From positions 21,366 to 85,365 of the forward strand of contig CAZSKP010000013.1 in the NCBI GenBank assembly GCA_964607485.1: DNA of 64,000 nucleotides, written 5' to 3'. The notes beneath the pieces are model-generated. The model had not been told where the DNA came from. It did not search any database and saw only the letters and a program-made list of their open reading frames with translations. Below are positions 31,350 to 38,908 of this stretch, piece after piece. Source of the stretch: an uncultured bacterium. Lineage in GTDB: Bacteria > Abyssobacteria > SURF-5. The position numbers and the translations under genes were made by a program. The number at the start of each line of letters is the position of its first letter. Position 1 is the first letter of the stretch.

Positions 31350-31901
31350 ATGACCTACATCGATCAAGGAATTGATTTCGAAGTTCGCATCGCCACGAGG
31401 AAGCGTTGGTGGCCTCTCTTATTTATGCCCGTGTGGCTGATATTCTGGACAATGGGCGGAGTTGCGGCCTTCAGGGCTGTTTTGGGAGAGATGCCTATTG
31501 GAGAGAGAATGTTTCTTATCGTCTGGCTGACGATGTGGGCTTTCGGTGAGGTTTTCGTCTTTTACGCTTGGGTCTGGAACGCATTCGGAAAAGAGATTGT
31601 AAGAATCGAGTCGGGCCTGCTCACGACCAAGCGTGATGTGTTCGGCCTGGGTCCGATTAAGAGTTTTCAGACGATGGAAATATCGAACCTCCGCGCCGCG
31701 GGGTTTTTCGGTAACATGACGTCTTGGTCGGCTGGCATGGCGTTCTGGGGATTGTCGGGCGGCACGGTGGCTTTTGACTACAAAGATAAGACGCATCGTT
31801 TTGGCATACAACTCGAAGAAAAGGAAGCGCGCAAGATAGTGGAAAGACTGGGGGCATACCTTCCGGAAACCGCTTTCTTGCCGACACAGACGGCTTATTG
31901 A
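31350..31901 (+). CDS. Hypothetical membrane protein (2 TM plus soluble domain)
   Basis: Two Trp-rich TM helices followed by a beta-rich domain. Start lies between 31311 and 31350. Confidence 0.7.
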   Translation: MTYIDQGIDFEVRIATRKRWWPLLFMPVWLIFWTMGGVAAFRAVLGEMPIGERMFLIVWLTMWAFGEVFVFYAWVWNAFGKEIVRIESGLLTTKRDVFGLGPIKSFQTMEISNLRAAGFFGNMTSWSAGMAFWGLSGGTVAFDYKDKTHRFGIQLEEKEARKIVERLGAYLPETAFLPTQTAY

Positions 31902-31956
31902 ATTTGCGTCGCACGGTCACCTGTTCCAGTCCGACACATCATGCAATTGGTGATGA

Positions 31957-34608
31957 ATGACGTTTCCAAGATTTGACACGAGCACGGGGAAAGGTCTCAA
32001 GTGGCTTTCCTATTTCATCATTCCGCTTGCCGGCGTGACGCTTGGGCTCTATCTGAATTCCATTCTCTCCAAGAAAGGGATACCCGGTTCTTCTCTATTG
32101 CCTGTCGTTATCCTTACACTTGTGGCAACGGGACTTCTCTTCCTCCTTCTGATGATCCTGTCTCGGGGTACCCAGTTGATTTGTGGCGCCGACTACCGCA
32201 AAATACGCTCTTATCATTCCCTCACCTTTTTGCCGATTCTGTTGCTCTGGTCGTATATCGCGACCCAGAAAGCCGTCGAGGAATCTATTATCGACTTGGG
32301 GTCCGTGAAGATCCCCACGGAGGTTATTTTCCAACTGTTGGTTCTAGCAATGATGGTCATCCTCGCGCTGTTCATCACGTATATGTTGCGGCAGAGGGAC
32401 GGAACAGCGGCGAATCCACCCCTTGGCAAAATCGCGGGCCGTCTTGCAATTGATGTCCTTCTTGCCCTTGTCGTGCTCTCATTCGGATTCGGAATATACG
32501 ACCATTTTCTCTTGAGCGACGTACAGAAAGGCCTCGTCCGTTATTCAATCGCCGGAAAGACGAGGAATGTCAGGGCGTGCCCGCTCCCCTCGGAGACGGT
32601 TGTCCGGCTAGATGCCCCCAGGGATTCGGTGTTGCATTCCGGCTTCGGCGTCAGCCATGAGATGTTTCAGAGCAACGCCGGTCCGGTGACTTACGCGATC
32701 TCTGTTTCCGCCCCGTCCCGTGCCTCGAAGGAATGGATTCATAAACAAGTCGGTGCGGCTTCCGCCGAGGGGTGGACCGAGGACTCCCTCGACATTGCCT
32801 CCGATGCGGCCGGGCCGGTCGAACTCAGGATGAAAGTCAGTCGGGACAAAGCCTCCTTTGTTTCCGAAGCATTCAATGTCTGCAACTACTATCTGCGACT
32901 CATCTGTCTGCCGGATTCTCGGTTCGATATTCGCCACCGCATGGCGTTTTGGATTGCTCCCTCTGTGACGGCGAAAAGGAAATCGGAAGAAAAGAGTGTA
33001 ATTTTGATCGGGATAGACACCCTTCGGGCCGACCATGTTTCCTTTTACGGGTATTCGCGAAAGACGACTCCTCATATCGACAGCCTGGCCCGGACGGGCG
33101 TTGTTTTCGAGAACTGCCTCAGCGTGGCGCCGTGGACGTTGCCGTCGTTCTTCTCAATTGTGACGTCAACCTATCCATCGGTTCACCTGTATGGAACCAA
33201 TGTTCGAGGGGTCGGCACCAGCCTGTTCAAGATAGCCAATTTCTGGAGCGTCGGAACTATCTCCCCCGATTACCGTATCAAGACGCTTGCCGAGATTCTG
33301 CGGGGACAGGGTTATTATACGGCTGCGTTTGTCAATAATCCGTTTCTTTCGACGGAGTTCGAGTTTGACCGCGGATTTGACGAGTTCAACCAATACGGTC
33401 CCACGGCCAAGGAGGGAATCGAACAAATTCTCCCATGGCTCGAAAAACACAGGGAAGAAAAGTTCTTCCTGTTCTTTCATATCATGGACCCGCATGACCG
33501 CGCCGACGCGTCCTCGCTCCGTCAGACGGCGAGCTACTTCGGTGACGCTGGTGGAAGTCACGATACGGTGTTCCGCTACGATAGCGCAATCCGTTTCTGC
33601 GACGAACAGATCGGACGGTTGATGGGCAAGCTGGAAGAAACCGATCTCGATCAGAAGACCCTTCTGGTCGTTACCGCAGACCACGGAGAGGAGTTCTCGG
33701 AGCATGGCGAGACGGGACATGGGCACAGCCTCTATGACGAAGTGCTCCTTGTGCCGCTCATTTTTCATCTGCCGGGATTAGCGGGAGAAGGAACGGTATC
33801 GAAGGAGCGCTCGAGCACCCTGGACATCGCCCCGACGATTCTCCAGATACTGGGACTGCCCGCTCCCTCTTATTATCAGGGGAACGGCCTTATATCTTCG
33901 GACGACGGAAGCGCCGCTCCTGCTCAACCGTTGTTTGCTGAGGGTATCACCTTTGGTCACGAGAAGAAGGCGGTATTCTCAGAGCACTACAAGCTTATCT
34001 ACACGACAACTCTCGACAAGTTCGAGCTGTACGACTTGCGGGCCGACCCGCGAGAAAGGCGAAACATGATAGGCAAGCTTCCCGAGGTCGAACATCGTCT
34101 GAGACAAATCCTCGAGTCGTTCCTCCACGACGCAAATCGGGGGATACGGGTCACGCTCAAGCCCCGTGCCGAACTGTGGGCCTACGAAGGGAGGCTGACC
34201 ACGACCGGGGTCTTCATCAACGTCACGTCTCTTTTTCCGACGAAATCTCAAGTCTTTCACGCGGGCCAAGACTCGAAGTCGATTGAATTCCGGCTCGAAG
34301 GCGCCGATGGGGTCAACGCCTTTGCCTTCGACGTGGACCCGGCGGAGGCGCCCATCAGGGTGGAGCTGACGCAGGGGAACGACCAACCTGGGGGCAGCGC
34401 ATATCTGGGGCGTTCCTCCGCACATCCTCTCCGTCCGCCCGTCGAGTTTGACAGGAAAATGTTGGAGACGCTGAGCGCATCTGCGGAGCCCGACATGAAC
34501 AAGGAAGGCATCTATTTTTGGGTGAAAAAGGATAGCCGGGAGTCAAGATCTGTGCAGATCGACGGGGAAACAAAGAAAGAGCTCGAATCTCTCGGCTATT
34601 TGAACTGA
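31957..34608 (+). CDS. Membrane-anchored sulfatase-like hydrolase/transferase (alkaline phosphatase superfamily)
   Basis: About 5 N-terminal TMs; IGIDTLRADH, APWTLPS, HIMDPH, TADHGEEF, HGHSLYDE, ELYDLRADPRE, LESLGY end. Confidence 0.88.
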   Translation: MTFPRFDTSTGKGLKWLSYFIIPLAGVTLGLYLNSILSKKGIPGSSLLPVVILTLVATGLLFLLLMILSRGTQLICGADYRKIRSYHSLTFLPILLLWSYIATQKAVEESIIDLGSVKIPTEVIFQLLVLAMMVILALFITYMLRQRDGTAANPPLGKIAGRLAIDVLLALVVLSFGFGIYDHFLLSDVQKGLVRYSIAGKTRNVRACPLPSETVVRLDAPRDSVLHSGFGVSHEMFQSNAGPVTYAISVSAPSRASKEWIHKQVGAASAEGWTEDSLDIASDAAGPVELRMKVSRDKASFVSEAFNVCNYYLRLICLPDSRFDIRHRMAFWIAPSVTAKRKSEEKSVILIGIDTLRADHVSFYGYSRKTTPHIDSLARTGVVFENCLSVAPWTLPSFFSIVTSTYPSVHLYGTNVRGVGTSLFKIANFWSVGTISPDYRIKTLAEILRGQGYYTAAFVNNPFLSTEFEFDRGFDEFNQYGPTAKEGIEQILPWLEKHREEKFFLFFHIMDPHDRADASSLRQTASYFGDAGGSHDTVFRYDSAIRFCDEQIGRLMGKLEETDLDQKTLLVVTADHGEEFSEHGETGHGHSLYDEVLLVPLIFHLPGLAGEGTVSKERSSTLDIAPTILQILGLPAPSYYQGNGLISSDDGSAAPAQPLFAEGITFGHEKKAVFSEHYKLIYTTTLDKFELYDLRADPRERRNMIGKLPEVEHRLRQILESFLHDANRGIRVTLKPRAELWAYEGRLTTTGVFINVTSLFPTKSQVFHAGQDSKSIEFRLEGADGVNAFAFDVDPAEAPIRVELTQGNDQPGGSAYLGRSSAHPLRPPVEFDRKMLETLSASAEPDMNKEGIYFWVKKDSRESRSVQIDGETKKELESLGYLN

Positions 34609-34636
34609 AGATTTCGGTTCCGCCGGACGGTACGCC

Positions 34637-36352
34637 TCAATTATCCTCCTGCCCGAAGTTGCACTTATATACTACCAGCAGGTCCGAGCCGACTATGGTG
34701 TTATCGTCGATGCTGAAACCGTGCACCGGTTGAAAATAGTCTTTTTGGCTCACGATCAGCGGAAACCATTTCGGAAATACTATCAAATAGTCCGGCCGGG
34801 TCTTCTTGATATACTCGAAGATACCCCTCTGGCCTCGCTTGAGGTAGGGCCATGCGTCGGGATTGACAAGGCCGAGGATATCGATGACCTCCCTGTCTGA
34901 GAAACAGGCGATCGCGCCCACATCGTGAATAGCCAGCCTGGCGTCTGGCGGCACGTTCCTATCGAGCCATTTCCCTGCCGCCACATTCATCTCGTTGACG
35001 TTTTTCACATTCATCGCATAGGTCAGCGAGTTTCCCCATTGCTTAAAGGCCATCGTTCCCAACACCAGCGCCATCAGCAGCAGGGCCGCGTATTTCGAGC
35101 GCCTCCCGTGCCTTCCGATCGTCCCCACGCCCAGAGAGCATACGAACGCCCACACCACCAGCAGGTTGGTGAAATACCTTCCCTGCGCTCCATATACATA
35201 GGTTGTGCCGAAAACCGCTACGTTTTGCACGCTTACGACAAGAGGGTATCCGAAGGCCACGAGCGGAATGATGCCGAGACCGGGACGTACGTCCGAGGGA
35301 GAAAACGTGGCTTTGAATAGGCGGTACAATCCAAACGGCAGCAGCACAGCCAGAAGCCAGCCGGTGCTGCGGCAAAAGAAGAGGAAGAGGTGAAGATTAT
35401 ACTCGAGCCATGCGGTGAAATAGAACCAGGCCGCCCCAGCCGCCCCATCGGTGGGCAGCTTCCCCTCGTTCAGCTTCAGCCAGAAGATATTCTTCGCATA
35501 GTACGTATTCGGAAACAAGTGCCCCGAAGTGGCGTAGTTGAACGCAAAGAAGGGGGAGGTCAGCAGGCAGAATACGAGCCCGTGCAGCGCCACGTTTGCC
35601 GCCGTCCGGGCAAGCGGGCGCCGGCCTCTGACGGCGAACCACAGGTAGTCGAGTGTCGAAAAGCCGAACAGAAGGAAACATTCCGGTCGTGCAAGGGCGG
35701 CGAGCGCGAAAATCAGCGTCGGGGCGTACTGCCTCAGGCCGCTTTCTCTCCTCAGGAGCATGTGATAATAGATTCCCATGACCGTCAACAGCACGAAGAG
35801 CGGCACGCCCATCCCGGACATACTTCCCCACGTGAGAAACGGAAGGAAGGCGGGCACTATCGACGCGAACGCGGATACGACGCCGTTGCCGGTGATGAGA
35901 AACGCCAGCTTGAATGAATAGAAACATGACAGCACTAACGTGACCAGCCCCAGCGCGTACGCCGCCGCTATCGGCTGCTTCACGAAAAGAAGGACAAACG
36001 CCAGCAGAACCGTCCAAAGAGGCTCGGTCGAAACTGCGGCATACACCCCCTTGTTGAACGAAAAACCATACCCATGGCGGATGTTCTGCGCTATCCTGAC
36101 ATGGATCCATGAGTCATCGAGCGGGAAGCCCAATTGCCTGCCGACGGTGAGTTCACGAAACAGGTAGAGGCCAAAAAAGGATAAAACGGCCAAAAGGATT
36201 AGCGGCACGGCCCAGACCAAGGCTCTCTGACGTGTTTCCATCGGGACAGGTTCTCGCAAGACCTTTTCCAATAAGGGATTTGACAACCGTACTAATTTAT
36301 CAGAAAAGCCGGTGGCTTTCAACGAAAAAGGAGTAAGGGACGAGAACACCAT
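34637..36352 (-). CDS. Multi-pass membrane protein, probable GT-C glycosyltransferase
   Basis: FPLDDSWIH, STEPLW, SGM, LARPE, FPNTYYAK, DILGL, RPDY. Alternative start ATG36241. Confidence 0.7.
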   Translation of the reverse strand: MVFSSLTPFSLKATGFSDKLVRLSNPLLEKVLREPVPMETRQRALVWAVPLILLAVLSFFGLYLFRELTVGRQLGFPLDDSWIHVRIAQNIRHGYGFSFNKGVYAAVSTEPLWTVLLAFVLLFVKQPIAAAYALGLVTLVLSCFYSFKLAFLITGNGVVSAFASIVPAFLPFLTWGSMSGMGVPLFVLLTVMGIYYHMLLRRESGLRQYAPTLIFALAALARPECFLLFGFSTLDYLWFAVRGRRPLARTAANVALHGLVFCLLTSPFFAFNYATSGHLFPNTYYAKNIFWLKLNEGKLPTDGAAGAAWFYFTAWLEYNLHLFLFFCRSTGWLLAVLLPFGLYRLFKATFSPSDVRPGLGIIPLVAFGYPLVVSVQNVAVFGTTYVYGAQGRYFTNLLVVWAFVCSLGVGTIGRHGRRSKYAALLLMALVLGTMAFKQWGNSLTYAMNVKNVNEMNVAAGKWLDRNVPPDARLAIHDVGAIACFSDREVIDILGLVNPDAWPYLKRGQRGIFEYIKKTRPDYLIVFPKWFPLIVSQKDYFQPVHGFSIDDNTIVGSDLLVVYKCNFGQEDN

Positions 36353-36514
36353 TCCCCCTTTTCCCTCGTCTCTTTTGGCGCCTTTGCCCCGCCCTCCTTT
36401 CAGGGGAAGTGATCGAGCCTGTACTCAAGGACACCGAGTATTTCGCCGATAAGTTATTTCGGATGAAGGCGTTGCATGCTCAATATGGTTTCTTTAGCCA
36501 TGCGCAAAATTTCC

Positions 36515-36543
36515 TTGACAAATCCAAATTCGTGTGGTATATT
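36515..36543 (+). promoter_or_regulatory. Sigma70-type promoter of the cold-shock gene
   Basis: TTGACA-17 nt-TATATT with extended -10 TG. Confidence 0.7.
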
Positions 36544-36693
36544 CTAGCTAAATTGCGGGACGATGGGTTCAGGTTTTATGATTTTGCAACAAATGTGGTA
36601 AATAAATCCGCAGAATGAGAGGGGAATTCTGCGGATTTTCTTTATTGTGCCCTCGTACCGCGCGATGGGTCAGTACCGAGGAGGTAAGAGTTC

Positions 36694-36900
36694 ATGGCAC
36701 CGGTAGGAATGGTCAAGTGGTTCGACAACAAAAAGGGCTTTGGCTTCATCAAGCGGGAGGAGGGCGACGACGTTTTTGTTCATTACACTGCGATAAAGGG
36801 AGAGGGTTTCAAGACTCTCAACCAGGATGAGAAGGTAAGCTTCGACATTATTGAAGGTCCGAAGGGCCTTCAAGCGGCTAATGTCTTGAAGGTAGAGTAA
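36694..36900 (+). CDS. cspA: Cold-shock protein
   Basis: [13 protein letters not shown] (RNP1), DVFVHY (RNP2), [18 protein letters not shown]. Confidence 0.96.
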   Translation: MAPVGMVKWFDNKKGFGFIKREEGDDVFVHYTAIKGEGFKTLNQDEKVSFDIIEGPKGLQAANVLKVE

Positions 36901-36928
36901 CCACAGGATTCTTAAAGATATGCGGACG

Positions 36929-36962
36929 AGGCGGATATGCGTGAAACAGGTATCCGCCTTTT
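36929..36962 (+). terminator. Intrinsic terminator after the csp gene
   Basis: AGGCGGATAT/GTATCCGCCT stem followed by a T run. Confidence 0.65.
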
Positions 36963-37095
36963 CTCTCTAGCGCGTGCCCCAAGGGTTTTTTCATTGTATC
37001 AGGGGTGGAAGGACAAACCCGAGGGGTGAGTGGGCGGTTGTGGGTGCCCACGGCATAAGCTGGCAAGCGGCTCGACGAAGGGGATTGCGCCGGAT

Positions 37096-37326
37096 TCATT
37101 CCTCGTTGTAACTTTGGCAGCGCGGACACTGCGAAATATCTTCCTCTCCCGTTCCCAGGTACATGTATCCGCAGTAGTTACACCGCCATTTCTTCTGTGT
37201 GGTTCCGAACCCTCCCAGACTTCCGCTGTGAGCGTTGAATTCTATCCACATCCATATCCCGACCAGGAACGCGAGGATTACGCCCATGTATGCGGAAATG
37301 GCTATATAGAAATTCACATGAAACAT
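37096..37326 (-). CDS. Small membrane protein with C-terminal zinc ribbon
   Basis: One TM, then WRCNYCGYMY..SQCPRCQSYN (CxxC..CxxC); starts 7 nt after the upstream stop. Confidence 0.72.
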   Translation of the reverse strand: MFHVNFYIAISAYMGVILAFLVGIWMWIEFNAHSGSLGGFGTTQKKWRCNYCGYMYLGTGEEDISQCPRCQSYNEE

Positions 37327-37333
37327 TTGTTTC

Positions 37334-37798
37334 TCAGTCGCTTCCGAATACCTCCGGGAAGCCCGGGCCGAGGGCGAAATCGGCTATCGGCATGACCTTC
37401 GATTCCGCCGGCGGGCGCGAAAATGCTCCTTCGGGCGGTCCGGCATAGGCCTTGCTGGCGAGGCCTGCGACGTCGATTCGGGGAACGAGGGTATCCTTGG
37501 GTGAGAAGGAGGGAATATCGGGCGACCCGAACTGGGTCCACTTCTCGATATCGGCATCAAAGCTCTTCAACACTCCCTCGGCAGAAAAGGCCGGCTCGGC
37601 CCTCGGGGGCGTCGGCCAGGCCGCCTTGCTCTGGACAATCTCCCCTTCGCCGCCGCCGCGTGTCCTGAGCGTGAGCGAGAGCTCCTTGACGGGAGGCAGC
37701 GAAAAGCTGGGGATCACCTGTGCGAACAACAGGGCGAAAGCCACGTGCATGACGACTGAGAAGAGAACGAATATCGTGATTTTTCCCGGGTACAGCAA
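37334..37798 (-). CDS. Membrane-anchored Pro-rich protein, TonB/TolA N-terminus-like, no C-terminal domain
   Basis: TM containing SVVMH (SxxxH) followed by a Pro-rich spacer; directly after exbD; TTG start. Confidence 0.55.
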   Translation of the reverse strand: MLYPGKITIFVLFSVVMHVAFALLFAQVIPSFSLPPVKELSLTLRTRGGGEGEIVQSKAAWPTPPRAEPAFSAEGVLKSFDADIEKWTQFGSPDIPSFSPKDTLVPRIDVAGLASKAYAGPPEGAFSRPPAESKVMPIADFALGPGFPEVFGSD

Positions 37799-37811
37799 AT
37801 CGGTGTCTCCG

Positions 37812-38222
37812 CTATTGAGGTTCGGTGGCGATGCCGAGCGACTCTACCCCGACGCTCTTCGCTATCCCCATTACCTCCACCAGCTTGCCGGTTTCGACCC
37901 GTTTATCGGGCTTTATCAACACGATTTTTTTCTTTGATTTCGTTAACCTTTCCAAAAGCGCTATCGGCAGTTGGGCCGAGGTCATCTTTTCATCGCCCAA
38001 GAATATTTCGTTGTTGCGCGTTATCGTTATCACGATGTCCTGTTCGTCCTGCAGTTTGGGCACTCTGGCCTTGGGGAGGTCGACCCGTACGCCGGTTTGA
38101 AGCACAAAGCTCGAAGAGAGCATGAAGAATATCAGCAACTGCAGCACGCAATCTATGAGCGGCGTCATGTTGAGCGTCACCGTGAGCTTCTGGTGCGTAA
38201 CCGACTTTTTCCTAAACTGCAT
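37812..38222 (-). CDS. exbD: Biopolymer transport protein ExbD/TolR
   Basis: NMTPLIDCVLQLLIFFM with the conserved Asp, VDLPKA, IKPDK. Confidence 0.92.
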   Translation of the reverse strand: MQFRKKSVTHQKLTVTLNMTPLIDCVLQLLIFFMLSSSFVLQTGVRVDLPKARVPKLQDEQDIVITITRNNEIFLGDEKMTSAQLPIALLERLTKSKKKIVLIKPDKRVETGKLVEVMGIAKSVGVESLGIATEPQ

Positions 38223-38841
38223 AGGTTCTTTCCTTCTCCGAAAGAATGTCGAGCAGCTCCGACGAGAGGATTTCCATTTCCCAGACCATGTTGTCGACCT
38301 GCGTCACGAAATAGTTGTAAGCGACGAGGGTCGGGATAGCCACGATCAGCCCCCACACGGTGGTCAGAAGCGCCGTCCCTATTCCGCCGGCGAGGTCGCC
38401 CGGCGTGACCGCGCCGCCGTGGGTCTGTATCACCATGAAGGCCTCGGTCATGCCGACGACAGTTCCCAGCAAACCGAGCAGAGGCGCAACGTTGGCGATG
38501 GTCGCGAGCACGCTCAGGTAACGCTCTAGGCTTGGGATTACCAGGAGGCCGGCGTCCTCGACGGCCTCACGAATCTCGGCGCGCGGCCTTCCCTTCTTCA
38601 GCAGCCCGGCCTTGAGTATGAAGGCCAGCGGTCCGCCAGTCTCCTCGCAGAGAATGATGGCTTCGGAGATGCGATTGTGCTTCAGTATCTCACGGATGTT
38701 GTCCATCAAGTCTTTGGAATACGCTCGCGCCCGTCGGAGGCTGAAAAAGCGCTCCAGAATGAGCGATACCGAGATCAACGAACAGGCAAAGATGGGAATC
38801 ATGAGCCAACCGCCGCCCGTGATGATGTTTATCTGAGACAT
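38212..38841 (-). CDS. exbB: MotA/TolQ/ExbB proton channel protein
   Basis: GGWLMIPI, APLLGLLGTVVGM, LAGGIGTALLTT.WGLIVAIP. Start ATG38841. Confidence 0.92.
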   Translation of the reverse strand: MSQINIITGGGWLMIPIFACSLISVSLILERFFSLRRARAYSKDLMDNIREILKHNRISEAIILCEETGGPLAFILKAGLLKKGRPRAEIREAVEDAGLLVIPSLERYLSVLATIANVAPLLGLLGTVVGMTEAFMVIQTHGGAVTPGDLAGGIGTALLTTVWGLIVAIPTLVAYNYFVTQVDNMVWEMEILSSELLDILSEKERTYAV

Positions 38842-38908
38842 TCTTTCCTCCCGTTCTCTTGGACTTCCAAAAGCCGTTACTGAGGAGCCGTCGCTCAAGA
38901 ACCGCGGC

